Position numbers and translations under genes: made by a program. A stretch of 64,000 bases of DNA from Cyclobacteriaceae bacterium (lineage in GTDB: Bacteria; Bacteroidota; Bacteroidia; Cytophagales; Cyclobacteriaceae), in contig OZ245043.1 of the NCBI GenBank assembly GCA_965224285.1, positions 4,323,909 to 4,387,908 of the forward strand, given 5' to 3'. Below, in pieces: positions 1-10,160 of this stretch; position 1 is the stretch's first letter; every line of letters begins with the position of its first letter. The notes below the pieces were generated by a model. That model was given only the letters and a program-made list of their open reading frames with translations. It was not told where the DNA came from and ran no database searches.

Positions 1-1307
1 AGCACTTGCAAGGAGTTATCATTGCGGGCCAATTTCTTACCCTGCTCCAGAGAAAAAACCGCCTCTTCATAGTTATCCAGAGAAAGATTGGCAAAACCAC
101 TGTAATAATAAAGCGGTGCCTGATTGGGAAAAACTTCGATAGCCTGATCCGCATGTACCACCAAACTGTCGAATTCCGAGAGTTCTCCTTCGATCTGTAA
201 CACATTCTGCCAGATATTGAAGTTGCTGTTGTCTAGTTCCAATGCCTGCAAATAGTTCTTAAGGGCGGTCCTTTTTAATTCTTCAGAATCACTATTTCGG
301 GCTAAATTCAAATAAAGATCCCCGTTTACTGCATGAGCATCTCCGTCGTCGGGATGGGCTTGCAAAATACTTTGTGCCAGCTTCATGGAATTTTCTTCCA
401 CCACCGGATCGGGCAGTTGCTTCATATAATCCACTAACACATTGAGTTTTGGTTTTAGATCCAGGTCAGGGTTGTTAAAAGCCACTATCATTTGTTCAAT
501 GGCCTGGTTTACTTTACCCTGTTTCTTATAAACTTCTGCCAGTATTAATCGGGCACGGGCGTGACTGGATTCCGACTTCAGAAAATCCTCCAAATACGGA
601 ATAGCCTCCGCTTCTCGGTTATTGGCCAGGTATAGTTCGGCCAGATTTACCAGGTAATCCGGGTCCCCCGGAAATAAAGCGATCATTTCCTTAGCCTGGC
701 CAATGGCTTCGGTCAGGCGATTTTGCTTTAAGTAGATACGTTGTTTGCTGAAAACCAATTCTTTACTGATGCCAAATTCCTGTTCTGCTCGCTGATAGGT
801 GGTGAGGGCGGCATCCAATTGGTTATTGTAAACATACAATGCGGCTAGATCGAACAAATACATCTGGGTGTCCGGTACTTTTTCCAGCAGGTCCTCGTAC
901 ATTTGGGCCGCAGCGGTAAAATTGGACAGCTTGGAGTAAATGTCTGCATTGAGCAGGTAGTAGTATTTATTTTGATTATCAAGCTCCAGCGCTTTACTGG
1001 CGTACTGTAAAGCCTTATCGTATTCATCACCTAATACCAGAATTTGCGCTATTTTATAATGGCATGCGGAGTTGGAGGGATTGAGTTCGAGGGATTTTTG
1101 GAAAAATATCAAGGCTTTACCATAATCCTCGATCATGAAATACTTTTCCCCTTCCAAAAATATGATTTCCGCCTGTAGTAAGCTTCGTTGGGCGTTTTTA
1201 GACTGATCGTCTTTAGTTCTTTTTTTACGGGTTTGAGCTTCTAAGTCATAATGAGAAGCAGCTATGATCATGAATAACCCAAAGATGGTCCAAAAAAGCC
1301 TTTTCAT
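1..1307 (-). CDS. TPR-repeat protein with N-terminal signal/TM segment; partial, 3' end runs off the window
   Basis: Absent from the ORF track because it reaches the window edge. Manual check: ATG at 1307 and no in-frame stop (TTA/CTA/TCA on the + strand) down to nt 3. N-terminus is MKRLFWTIFGLFMIIAAS, followed by TPR-like helices such as PSNSACHYKIAQILVLGDEYDKALQYASKALELDNQNKYY. Confidence 0.7.
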   Translation of the reverse strand, partial: MKRLFWTIFGLFMIIAASHYDLEAQTRKKRTKDDQSKNAQRSLLQAEIIFLEGEKYFMIEDYGKALIFFQKSLELNPSNSACHYKIAQILVLGDEYDKALQYASKALELDNQNKYYYLLNADIYSKLSNFTAAAQMYEDLLEKVPDTQMYLFDLAALYVYNNQLDAALTTYQRAEQEFGISKELVFSKQRIYLKQNRLTEAIGQAKEMIALFPGDPDYLVNLAELYLANNREAEAIPYLEDFLKSESSHARARLILAEVYKKQGKVNQAIEQMIVAFNNPDLDLKPKLNVLVDYMKQLPDPVVEENSMKLAQSILQAHPDDGDAHAVNGDLYLNLARNSDSEELKRTALKNYLQALELDNSNFNIWQNVLQIEGELSEFDSLVVHADQAIEVFPNQAPLYYYSGFANLSLDNYEEAVFSLEQGKKLARNDNSLQV

Positions 1308-1601
1308 ATTCCGTTAATTTTACTCAGCCGCTTATTGTCATTAAATAGGTCTGGGGCTTCTCAACTGCGAAATTTAATAAATTTCCACCAAAATGAGTTC
1401 GTGAACTGTTTGATAAAAGGCCCATATGTAACAAACTGTTGCTCCTTTTGACTAACACGCAAAATTTATGCCCATCTTACCTCTAACGTGACATAGGAGG
1501 TAATCATTGCAAAAGCTGACAGGTAGAGTATCATCTTCACCGTCATCTCCGCTTACCTAAATTCGAACACGTTACTGGTATTATGTACAAAAATAAGAAA
1601 T

Positions 1602-3095
1602 TTAGCGGGCTTTAGGGTATAGATTCTTTTTTTCAAGCAGATAAACAACACCAATGAAACAGAGGGTGACAACCATGTTCAGGTATGTATAAAAGACCCC
1701 CTCAGCTCTGAATAACCAGGGAGTGAGGTAAATAATGGCTACGCTGGCTAAAATATAGACCAGAATTTTAGCCCAAGGGTATGGAATAGGCATGACACTT
1801 CGACCCCAGTAGTAACATATTAGGGTCATCGAACCATAGCAAAGTACGCTGGCAATTGCAGAACCGGTATAGCCAATCACCGGAATTAATAAAACATTGA
1901 ACAATATGGTAACAAAAGCGCCAATTAAGGTGATATAGGTACCCACCATAGTGCGATCCTTCAACTTAAACCATACCGATAGGTTAACGTACATGCCAAA
2001 AAATAGCTTTCCCACTAAAAGAATCGGCACCAGGTAGAGCGCTTCCCGATAACTGGGCTGGCGCAGGAACAAACTGCCCAGAAGATCTAGGTTAAGGCTC
2101 ACGGCCACCAGTATAATACAGCAAGTCACCACAAAGTAATACATTACCCTGGCAAACAGTTCAGGTGCTTCACGATTGGTCGCCTGATTAAAAAAGAACG
2201 GTTCACCTGCGTAGCGAAATGCTTGGATGGCCAACAGCATGAAAATACTGAGCTTAAAGGAAGCTCCGTAAATACCAAGCGCCGCCATACTGGATTTTCC
2301 AGCATAAAAATCTGTAGGCAATAATTCTGGTATCAATATTTTGTCGGCCTGCTCATTGGCGATACCTGCTAAACCCATAAGAAATATCGGCAATCCATAG
2401 GCCAGCATAGGCTTTATAAAAGACCAGGAGATTGACAATTTAAACTGTTTGAAGTACCTCCACAACACTACTATAATCAGCAGATTGCCCATCAAGTTTG
2501 CCAGGAACACATAACCCACTCCGAATTCTTCCTGGTAATATCGATTTACCAAGGGCTGGAGATCCGTCAACATCCCCTTGGAAATCAGATAAGGTATCAA
2601 CAGAAATATCAGATTTAGCCCAATGGTTACTACAATAGCTCCTAATTTGGCAATAGCAAAGGTCAGGGCTTTATTTTCCAAGCGTAGACGGGCGAAGGGG
2701 ATAGCTGCGATGGCATCCACATATAAAATACCGGCTAGTAAGTAGATCAATAAAACTTGATCAGGTTGGCCTGCATAGCGGGCTAAGGCAGGGGCATTAG
2801 CCACAATAAGAATAGTAAACATGCTGCTGGTTAAAAATAATAGTGCAGCAGCTTGACGGAAAGTTTTTAACAGTTCGCCCTGGCTCCCGTACCTGAAAAA
2901 GGCGGTTTCCATACCATAGGTATAGACAATATTAAGGAAAGCGGCGTAAGCATAAAGCTGGGTTACAATTCCGTATTGGTTTTCTGCAAACACCGCGGTG
3001 TACAGCGGGACCAACAAGTAATTAAGCGTGCGGCCTACTATACTGGAGATGCCATAGATGGCGGTCTCTCCCGCAAGTTTTCGGATGAGACTCAT
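1602..3095 (-). CDS. Oligosaccharide flippase / polysaccharide biosynthesis protein (MOP superfamily, Wzx-like)
   Basis: 497 aa and polytopic. The N-terminus MSLIRKLAGETAIYGISSIVGRTLNYLLVPLYT is typical of Bacteroidota MOP flippases. Confidence 0.75.
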   Translation of the reverse strand: MSLIRKLAGETAIYGISSIVGRTLNYLLVPLYTAVFAENQYGIVTQLYAYAAFLNIVYTYGMETAFFRYGSQGELLKTFRQAAALLFLTSSMFTILIVANAPALARYAGQPDQVLLIYLLAGILYVDAIAAIPFARLRLENKALTFAIAKLGAIVVTIGLNLIFLLIPYLISKGMLTDLQPLVNRYYQEEFGVGYVFLANLMGNLLIIVVLWRYFKQFKLSISWSFIKPMLAYGLPIFLMGLAGIANEQADKILIPELLPTDFYAGKSSMAALGIYGASFKLSIFMLLAIQAFRYAGEPFFFNQATNREAPELFARVMYYFVVTCCIILVAVSLNLDLLGSLFLRQPSYREALYLVPILLVGKLFFGMYVNLSVWFKLKDRTMVGTYITLIGAFVTILFNVLLIPVIGYTGSAIASVLCYGSMTLICYYWGRSVMPIPYPWAKILVYILASVAIIYLTPWLFRAEGVFYTYLNMVVTLCFIGVVYLLEKKNLYPKAR

Positions 3096-3116
3096 ACCAG
3101 GGGGCGGTTTTGCATG

Positions 3117-3902
3117 TTACTTTCCGCTGAAACGAGGGGTGCGTTTTTCCAAAAAGGCCGAAGTCCCTTCTTTAAAGTCAGTTGTACTACAGCAATTAGC
3201 AAAACCATTGGCCTCCGTTTGAAATCCATTTTGTTGCGGATTGTAAAAGGCATTGACCGCGTTAATTATCATTTCAATGGCCCGGGGAGCTTTAGCGGCA
3301 ATCTTATGCAATATGTCGTGGCATTTTTCCATTAGGTCATTATTGGATTCCGTCACATAATTTACTAACCCCAGTTGCAACGCTTCCCTGGCGCTAAAGG
3401 TTTGGCCGGTCAACAAAAACTCCAGGGCTTTGGTTTTGCCAATCAATTGGCTTAGCCTCTGGGTGCCCCCATAACCAGGAATAATGCCTAGATTCACCTC
3501 GGGTTGCCCAAATTTCGCTGATTCTACGGCAAGCCGCATATGGCAGGCCATGGCCAATTCGCATCCTCCGCCCAAAGCATAGCCATTCACTGCTGCAATT
3601 ATGGGTTTTGGGCAATTTTCGATTAGATGAAATACTTCCTGTCCACTTTCGGCAAATTTTCTACCATTCAATTCATTGAGTTCGGCAATCTCTCCGATAT
3701 CAGCGCCAGCCACGAATGCCTTATTCCCCTTTCCGGTGATGATAGCGGCTTTCACATCCTTATCATCTGAAATATTTTGAATTGCCAGGCGCAGTTCTTC
3801 AATAAGCGCTGAGTTTAAGGCATTGAGCTTTTCTTCGCGGTCTATGGTCAAGGTGGCAATCTGATCTTCCCTGGTCTCGACTAGATAATCAAAGTCTGAC
3901 AT
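3117..3902 (-). CDS. Enoyl-CoA hydratase/isomerase (crotonase family)
   Basis: Crotonase motifs FVAGADI and AAVNGYALGGGCELAMACH. Start moved to the internal ATG at 3902 (MSDFDYLV...), giving the typical length of about 261 aa. Confidence 0.85.
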   Translation of the reverse strand: MSDFDYLVETREDQIATLTIDREEKLNALNSALIEELRLAIQNISDDKDVKAAIITGKGNKAFVAGADIGEIAELNELNGRKFAESGQEVFHLIENCPKPIIAAVNGYALGGGCELAMACHMRLAVESAKFGQPEVNLGIIPGYGGTQRLSQLIGKTKALEFLLTGQTFSAREALQLGLVNYVTESNNDLMEKCHDILHKIAAKAPRAIEMIINAVNAFYNPQQNGFQTEANGFANCCSTTDFKEGTSAFLEKRTPRFSGK

Positions 3903-3969
3903 ACGGCTATTTTTTATATCAAAGATAACAGGCCCCTTCTGAATCACAAAGTCAAGCAGTCAATCCGTT

Positions 3970-4923
3970 CTAAGAAACGGCAGCATCAAGTGGAAGTAAA
4001 TTTTTGATCATATCGATGGTCATGTCGGTAATGTCATACTGCGGTTTCCACCCCCAATCGGCGATGGCTTGCTGGTCATCGATGGAGGAAGGCCATGAAT
4101 CTGCAATTTCCTGCCGATAGTCGGGATAGTAGCTTATATCGAATCCCTTAATCTGACGGTTGATTTCAAGGTGAAGTTCAGCTGGGGTAAATGCCATAGC
4201 AGAAATATTGTAAGAGGTGCGAATGGATATCTTTTCTGCTGGGACTTGCATCAGCTGAATAGCGGCCTCTACCGCATCGGGCATGTACATCATGGGCAAT
4301 CTGGTGTCATGTTCCAAAAAGCATTTATAGCGCCGATTGCTGGTGGCTGCATAAAACATCTCTATGGCATAATCAGTGGTTCCACCACCCGGAGGTGATT
4401 TGTAACTTATGATCCCGGGATACCGCAAACTCCGTACGTCGAGCCCTACCTGTTGGTGGTAATAATTGCACCACAACTCTCCGCTTAGCTTGCTGATGCC
4501 GTATACGGAATTGGGATCCATAACTGTGTTTTGAGGGGTTTTAACATTTGGGGTGGAGGGTCCAAATGCCGCGATAGAGCTGGGCCAAAAAAATTTCTCC
4601 ACTTTTTGTACTCGTGATGCCTTCAAAGTGTTGAGCAGGCCATTAACGTTGAGTTCCCAGGTTTTCATTGGTAGTTTTTCCCCTTTGGCGGAAAGCATGG
4701 CCGCTAAATGATAAACCTGGGTGATGCTGTGGTCCTTCAGCACTTTCTCTAGCGCTCGGTAGTCAAGCACGTCCAAGTTAACAAAGGTGAAATCAGATAA
4801 AATTTCAGGGGGTGGGGAAATATCAGAAACGATCACATTTTTAGAACCAAATTTCTCTGCTAACGCCACAGCCAATTCGGTGCCCAACTGCCCACACCCT
4901 CCGGTTACTAATAGGTTATCCAT
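3970..4923 (-). CDS. tdh: L-threonine 3-dehydrogenase, short-chain (UDP-galactose-4-epimerase-like) type
   Basis: NAD Rossmann motif VTGGCGQLG in an extended-SDR fold; divergent partner of kbl. Start taken at ATG 4923 (MDNLLVTGG). Confidence 0.75.
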   Translation of the reverse strand: MDNLLVTGGCGQLGTELAVALAEKFGSKNVIVSDISPPPEILSDFTFVNLDVLDYRALEKVLKDHSITQVYHLAAMLSAKGEKLPMKTWELNVNGLLNTLKASRVQKVEKFFWPSSIAAFGPSTPNVKTPQNTVMDPNSVYGISKLSGELWCNYYHQQVGLDVRSLRYPGIISYKSPPGGGTTDYAIEMFYAATSNRRYKCFLEHDTRLPMMYMPDAVEAAIQLMQVPAEKISIRTSYNISAMAFTPAELHLEINRQIKGFDISYYPDYRQEIADSWPSSIDDQQAIADWGWKPQYDITDMTIDMIKNLLPLDAAVS

Positions 4924-5033
4924 TTGTAGTATTAAAATCCCTTGCGAAATTACAAATTCCCCGGCACTCACCAATAATCTGAAATTGAAGAAAAGGCAGG
5001 GAATTTATTACCTTGGTCGAAAACTCATAAATA

Positions 5034-6224
5034 ATGTACGGAGAAATAAAACAAAGATTAAAGGAGGCCATCACATCCATCCGTGAGCAGGGGCTCTATA
5101 AAGATGAACGGATCTTGGCAACCCCACAAGGGGCAGTTGTCCGTACAGCTGATGGTAGGGAAGTGATTAATTTTTGCGCCAATAATTATTTAGGCCTTTC
5201 ATCCAATGACAAAGTACTATCCGCAGCCAGTAAAGGACTTGAAGACTTCGGATATGGTCTTTCATCGGTGAGATTTATTTGTGGCACCCAGACCATACAT
5301 AAACAACTGGAACAGAAACTCTCTGAGTTTTTGGGGATGGAGGACACCATTTTATATGCGGCTGCCTTTGATGCTAACGGGGGCGTGTTCGAACCACTTT
5401 TTGCAGCGGAAGACGCTATCATATCCGATACACTCAACCACGCCTCCATTATCGATGGGGTTCGTCTCTGCAAGGCGCAGCGTTACCGGTATAAGCATAA
5501 TGACATGGCAGATCTGGAGGAAAAGCTGAAGATGTCAATGGAACAGCGCAGCCGCATCATCGTCACTGATGGAGTTTTCTCCATGGACGGAACCATTGCC
5601 CAATTGGATAAGATCTGTGATCTGGCGGACAAATATCAAGCTCTGGTGATGTCGGATGAGTGTCACGCTACAGGATTTATAGGTAAAAATGGCAAAGGTG
5701 TTCATGAATACCGCGAAGTGATGGGAAGGGTAGATATTATTACCGGTACCTTGGGAAAAGCCCTGGGGGGGGCTTCCGGAGGCTTTACCTCAGCTCATAA
5801 AGAGATCGTTGAAATTTTGAGACAGCGCTCTCGTCCCTACTTATTTTCCAATACCCTGGCGCCTGCTATTGCCGCCGGCTCCATGGCAGTATTAAACCTT
5901 TTGACAGAAACCACTGAATTAAGGGATCGCCTGGAAGAAAACACCCATTATTTCCGGCAGGGACTAACTGATATCGGGTTTGATATCAAGGAAGGATCGC
6001 ATCCCATTGTTCCTGTAATGTTATACGACGCCCCTCTTTCACAAAAGATGGCCAGCCGGCTGCTTGAGTTAGGGATATATGTGATCGGATTTTACTATCC
6101 GGTGGTTCCCCAGGGTCAGGCACGTATCAGGGTGCAATTATCCGCTGTACATGAGAAGGAACATCTCGACCAGGCATTGGAGGCTTTTGCTGCCGCAGGA
6201 AGGGAATTGGGAGTGATCAATTAA
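5034..6224 (+). CDS. kbl: Glycine C-acetyltransferase (2-amino-3-ketobutyrate CoA ligase)
   Basis: 396 aa alpha-oxoamine synthase with [15 protein letters not shown] and the PLP-lysine context TLGKALGG. Confidence 0.92.
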   Translation: MYGEIKQRLKEAITSIREQGLYKDERILATPQGAVVRTADGREVINFCANNYLGLSSNDKVLSAASKGLEDFGYGLSSVRFICGTQTIHKQLEQKLSEFLGMEDTILYAAAFDANGGVFEPLFAAEDAIISDTLNHASIIDGVRLCKAQRYRYKHNDMADLEEKLKMSMEQRSRIIVTDGVFSMDGTIAQLDKICDLADKYQALVMSDECHATGFIGKNGKGVHEYREVMGRVDIITGTLGKALGGASGGFTSAHKEIVEILRQRSRPYLFSNTLAPAIAAGSMAVLNLLTETTELRDRLEENTHYFRQGLTDIGFDIKEGSHPIVPVMLYDAPLSQKMASRLLELGIYVIGFYYPVVPQGQARIRVQLSAVHEKEHLDQALEAFAAAGRELGVIN

Positions 6225-7092
6225 TTCCGGCTACTTCCGATTGGGATTCTGATTCTACTATAGTCGCTTTTTGATTGGTAGCTGCCGCCTCCTCATGGTC
6301 CTTATCCTGCAGATAGTTCAGGATTTTAGTTCTCACTTCTTGTAGCGACAGGTTCAGCATTATGTTGCCATTTTTCGCCAATGAGACCTGACCTGTTTCC
6401 TCAGAGACGATAAGAACTAAGGCGTCGGAAACTTCTGACATGCCCAGAGCAGCTCGATGTCTCAGACCATATTGCGCCGGAAGGTTATCCATTTCGGATA
6501 TGGGCAGGATACATCTTGCGGCTACTATCTTGCCCATATACAGGATCACCGCTCCATCGTGTAAGGGCGACAACTTATTGAATATCGACAGCAGCAGGCG
6601 CTTAGAAAGGTCGGCATTTATAGAATCCCCGGATTCAGCGTAAAATTTTAATGGGGAATTCCGTGAGAATACGATTAAGGCACCACTGTTACTGCCGCTG
6701 AGGCTTCTAACAGCTTCTATTACCGGTGCAATGTCGAATTGCTGCGACCGGGCCTTCTTCCTAAAAAAGTTATTGATGAAGTTATCTCGATTTAAGGCGG
6801 TGGTTTTACCGATCAACAATAAAAATTTTCTGATCTCAGGCTGGAATAGGATGATCACCGCAATCACCCCAACGCCCATAAATTGCCCTAAAATGGTAGA
6901 TAGTAGATCCATCTGAGCGGCCTTTACTACCAGGAAAATTAGATATAGCGATAAAAATCCCAGGAAAACTTTTACCGCTACACTACCTCTCATCAATTTG
7001 TAGACCTGGTAAAGCAGTATGCTGACCAGTGCGATATCAATTATATCAACCCACTTGATTTCCAGAAAGCCAATTTGAAACAGTAATATCAT
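6217..7092 (-). CDS. cdaA: Diadenylate cyclase (c-di-AMP synthase), membrane-anchored CdaA type
   Basis: Three N-terminal TM helices followed by a DAC domain with HDGAVIL and GLRHRAALG...VSEETG motifs. Start overlaps the folP stop by 4 nt. Confidence 0.88.
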   Translation of the reverse strand: MILLFQIGFLEIKWVDIIDIALVSILLYQVYKLMRGSVAVKVFLGFLSLYLIFLVVKAAQMDLLSTILGQFMGVGVIAVIILFQPEIRKFLLLIGKTTALNRDNFINNFFRKKARSQQFDIAPVIEAVRSLSGSNSGALIVFSRNSPLKFYAESGDSINADLSKRLLLSIFNKLSPLHDGAVILYMGKIVAARCILPISEMDNLPAQYGLRHRAALGMSEVSDALVLIVSEETGQVSLAKNGNIMLNLSLQEVRTKILNYLQDKDHEEAAATNQKATIVESESQSEVAGIN

Positions 7093-7946
7093 CGATAGGT
7101 CAACTTGTACAGTTCAACTACCTCCCTGGCGGCGGCTACATCATGAACTCGCAGTATTGAGGCTCCGTTAAGCAAGGCTATGGTATTAAGCACTGAGGTG
7201 CCGTTCAAGGCCCTTTCGGGAGTAATACCCAATGACCGGTAGATCATAGACTTACGGGATACGCCGGCCATGATAGGTTGGTTCAATACCTTGAAATATT
7301 GAAGCTCTTTGAGCAGTTGGTAACTTTGCTCGGCGGTTTTGGCAAAGCCAAACCCCGGATCCAATATTATATCTTTTACTCCCATTGAAGTGAGCTGTCG
7401 TAGTTTAGTAACGAAATATTGGGCGATTTCAGTTATCAGGTACTGATAGTCCGTATGGGAGTTCATAGTATGTGGAGTACCTTTCATATGCATGAGCACA
7501 TACGGAACCCGGAGTTTGGCAATGGTGTCGAACATAGATTCGTCCAAATTCCCTCCGCTAATATCATTGATCATATCAGCCCCACGGTCCACCGCAGCTT
7601 GGGCTACCTTAGCCCGAAAAGTATCAATGGAAATTGGGATATGGGGAGCAACTTCTCTGGCGATTTCTAAAGCCTGAAGCACTCGATCATGCTCTTCTGC
7701 ATCAGATACCTCTGTAGCTCCCGGTCTGCTGCTATATCCCCCAATGTCAATAATATCCACCCCTTCACCGGCAATAGTTTCGATCCTTTGTTTAAGGCCT
7801 TCATCGCTGTGGTAGCTGCCCCCATCATAGAAAGAATCAGGAGTATTATTTACGATTCCCATCACTAGAGGATGGGTCAGATCCAATAGGTTTCCCCTGA
7901 GATTAAGTGTTTTTTTTGTCGAAAAAAGGGTAACTTTCGCTTCCAA
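7089..7946 (-). CDS. folP: Dihydropteroate synthase
   Basis: VMGIVNNTPDSFYDGG, DIGGYSSRPG and ILDPGFGFAK motifs. The only available start is TTG at 7946. Confidence 0.92.
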   Translation of the reverse strand: MEAKVTLFSTKKTLNLRGNLLDLTHPLVMGIVNNTPDSFYDGGSYHSDEGLKQRIETIAGEGVDIIDIGGYSSRPGATEVSDAEEHDRVLQALEIAREVAPHIPISIDTFRAKVAQAAVDRGADMINDISGGNLDESMFDTIAKLRVPYVLMHMKGTPHTMNSHTDYQYLITEIAQYFVTKLRQLTSMGVKDIILDPGFGFAKTAEQSYQLLKELQYFKVLNQPIMAGVSRKSMIYRSLGITPERALNGTSVLNTIALLNGASILRVHDVAAAREVVELYKLTYR

Positions 7947-7951
7947 ATCCT

Positions 7952-8536
7952 GTGCCTGTTAAAGTTTCTTCTAAATTAGGACAAAACTTGGTAAAACAAA
8001 CATCAGCGGAATACAAACAAATTATCGGGATTTGTAAACAGGTTTTCGAAAAGAAGACCAAGGATTACGGCACCGCCTGGCGCATACTTCGCCTCTCTTC
8101 CATTACCGATCAGATTTTCATTAAAGCACAAAGGATCCGGAGTTTGCAGGAAAAGCAACAGCAACAAGTTGAGGAGGGCATGGATGCCGAGTTCATAGGA
8201 ATAGTCAACTACTGTTTAATCGCCATTATACAAATGGAACTAGCCCCAGATAAACCCTTGGAGTTGGATTATGCTACCCTGGAGCCGTTATATGATCATG
8301 CTGCCAAGGAGGTGGCTGATTTGCTTTTCAAGAAGAACCATGATTACGACGAAGCCTGGAGAGATATGCGATTAAGTTCCATTACCGATATCATTTTAAT
8401 GAAGCTATTAAGGGTCAAACAGATCGAAAATAATGCAGGACAAACCCTGGTTTCTGAAGGGGTCAAATCAAACTATCAGGATATTATCAATTATGCGGTA
8501 TTCGCCTTGATAAAGCTCAATGAAACCGAGTCATGA
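7952..8536 (+). CDS. DUF1599 (nucleotide-modification-associated domain 1) protein, two tandem domain copies
   Basis: Internal duplication: KDYGTAWRILRLSSITDQIFIKAQRIRSL and HDYDEAWRDMRLSSITDIILMKLLRVKQI. There is no in-frame ATG near the 5' end, so the start is GTG 7952 or, more likely, TTG 7988. Confidence 0.7.
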   Translation: MPVKVSSKLGQNLVKQTSAEYKQIIGICKQVFEKKTKDYGTAWRILRLSSITDQIFIKAQRIRSLQEKQQQQVEEGMDAEFIGIVNYCLIAIIQMELAPDKPLELDYATLEPLYDHAAKEVADLLFKKNHDYDEAWRDMRLSSITDIILMKLLRVKQIENNAGQTLVSEGVKSNYQDIINYAVFALIKLNETES

Positions 8537-9630
8537 GGTGGCTGCTGACCATAGCTCGACTTATAGTAGGGGCACTCTTTATTTTTTCCGGGCTTATTAA
8601 AGTCAATGACCCTGTAGGCACCGCCATAAAGCTTGAGGAGTATTTCGCAGTCTTCGGCAGTAATTTCTCCTCTATATTTGAAATTTTTGTGCCCTGGGCA
8701 TTGCCGTTGTCCGTGATCCTGGTGGTCCTGGAAGTAGTGCTGGGTGTGGCGGTTTTGATTAATTACCGAATGTCCCTTACCGCATGGATCCTACTATTGC
8801 TGATCTTCTTTTTTACTTTTCTCACATTTTATTCCGCCTATACCGGTGAGGTGACAGATTGTGGATGTTTTGGGGATGCTATAAAACTTACACCCTGGGA
8901 AAGCTTTATAAAAGACATAATATTACTGGTACTGATTGCATATCTATTCATAAACAGAAAAAAGTTAGCTCCGCTCCTTGCAGTCAAAACCGGAGCGATA
9001 GTTATCTCCCTGGGAACTATAATGACCTTATTTTTGGCCATTTATGCTATACGCCATCTGCCATATATTGACTTTAGGGCATATAAGGTTGGCGCTGATA
9101 TACCGGCATCAATGCAACCGTCTGAGCCTCTTCAGTACTCGTATCTGATGGAAAGAGAGGGAGTAGTACAGGAATTTGAGGAATACCCCACTGATACTAG
9201 CTTTGTTTACAAAGATATCAAGCTGCTCAATCCGGAGGCACAACCAAAAATTACTGACTACAGTTTGTGGGAGGTAAGTGGTAACAACGTTACCCAGCAA
9301 TCTTTCACCGGTGTGCAACTTATAATTATTATACACTATGTGGAAAAGGCAGAAACTGATGTCTTTTCCCGAATCAATACTCTCATTGACGAAGTAGAGG
9401 GCCAAGTAGGAGTAATGGTTTTAACTGCTTCAGATGAGCAGTCTTTTGAAAGCTTTAGACACCAGGTACAGTTGGCGGCGCCTTTCTATTTTGGGGATGC
9501 TACCGTGCTGAAAACCATGGTTCGTTCCAATCCAGGAGTATTGCTTTTAAGAGATGGTCAAGTACTGGGCAAATGGCACTGGAGAGACACGCCGGATGGT
9601 CAAGAAGTCAAGACTCTGGCAGGTTTGTAA
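8533..9630 (+). CDS. BT_3928-family / DoxX-MauE-like membrane protein with C-terminal thioredoxin-fold-like domain
   Basis: N-terminal DoxX-like helices (LIVGALFIFSGLIKVNDP) and a TDCGCFGD motif. The soluble C-terminal half lacks CxxC. Confidence 0.7.
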   Translation: MRWLLTIARLIVGALFIFSGLIKVNDPVGTAIKLEEYFAVFGSNFSSIFEIFVPWALPLSVILVVLEVVLGVAVLINYRMSLTAWILLLLIFFFTFLTFYSAYTGEVTDCGCFGDAIKLTPWESFIKDIILLVLIAYLFINRKKLAPLLAVKTGAIVISLGTIMTLFLAIYAIRHLPYIDFRAYKVGADIPASMQPSEPLQYSYLMEREGVVQEFEEYPTDTSFVYKDIKLLNPEAQPKITDYSLWEVSGNNVTQQSFTGVQLIIIIHYVEKAETDVFSRINTLIDEVEGQVGVMVLTASDEQSFESFRHQVQLAAPFYFGDATVLKTMVRSNPGVLLLRDGQVLGKWHWRDTPDGQEVKTLAGL

Positions 9631-10160
9631 TGCCTTTCCAACTGGATCAATACGACATCTACCTGGTAGGGATGCCTGGAGCCGGCAAAAGCACTGTTGG
9701 CCGCGCCTTAGCAGGTATCCTGAACCGGGATTTTATTGATCTTGACGACTACATCGAGCGTAAGGAAGGACGTACTGTAAGGGAGATTTTCACATCAGAG
9801 GGAGAATCCCGGTTCAGAGAAATTGAGGCCATTTATCTCCGTGGTATTTCGGATGCGCAGGGAGGCCAAGTAATTGCCACCGGCGGCGGGACCCCCTGCT
9901 TTGCCGGAAATATGGATCTTATCAACTCGAGAGGAGTCAGTGTTTACTTAAAGGTACCCAGTGAGATTCTTGCGGAAAGAATTTGGGATAACCGGCAGCA
10001 AAGACCTTTGATCACTAGTACTAGTCGACAGCAGTTAATCACCCATCTACAGCAAACCCTGGCTTGGCGCGAGCCTTACTATCTTCGTGCCAATCTGACC
10101 ATTTCAGAAGGCGATCCTGATCCAGGTAACATCATAAGAGAGCTGGAAGCTATTATCTAA
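9630..10160 (+). CDS. aroK: Shikimate kinase
   Basis: Walker A in LVGMPGAGKSTVGRALA and a GGG motif (ATGGGTP). Start set to ATG 9630, which overlaps the upstream stop (TAATG). Confidence 0.9.
   Translation: MPFQLDQYDIYLVGMPGAGKSTVGRALAGILNRDFIDLDDYIERKEGRTVREIFTSEGESRFREIEAIYLRGISDAQGGQVIATGGGTPCFAGNMDLINSRGVSVYLKVPSEILAERIWDNRQQRPLITSTSRQQLITHLQQTLAWREPYYLRANLTISEGDPDPGNIIRELEAII

Noticed and set aside
6-1030. Track ORFs 6-200 (+) and 845-1030 (-).
   Set aside because: Both lie inside the long open minus-strand TPR reading frame (3-1307), which the track omitted because it runs off the window. They are in other frames and are motif-less.
1340-1545. Small ORFs in the 294-bp spacer on the minus strand: a 33-codon MGLLSNSSRTHFGG... 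and a 26-codon MTVKMILYLSAFAMITSYVTLEVRWA.
   Set aside because: They are too short, have no supporting context, and cannot be distinguished from chance without conservation or Ribo-seq data.
1556-1575. TTCGAA sequence (AAATTCGAACACG) resembling a tRNA T-loop on the minus strand.
   Set aside because: The flanking bases (ACGTG / TTAGG) cannot form a T-stem, and no acceptor or anticodon arms could be drawn. I found no tRNA, rRNA, tmRNA, RNase P or SRP signature anywhere in the window.
7910-7917. T8 run near the folP 5' end and the T9 run at 34839-34847 near the rlmB 5' end, considered as phase-variation tracts.
   Set aside because: Both are in housekeeping genes, where ON/OFF switching is implausible. 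They are most simply Lys (AAA) codon runs. This contrasts with the tracts in the surface-glycan gene, which I kept as a finding.
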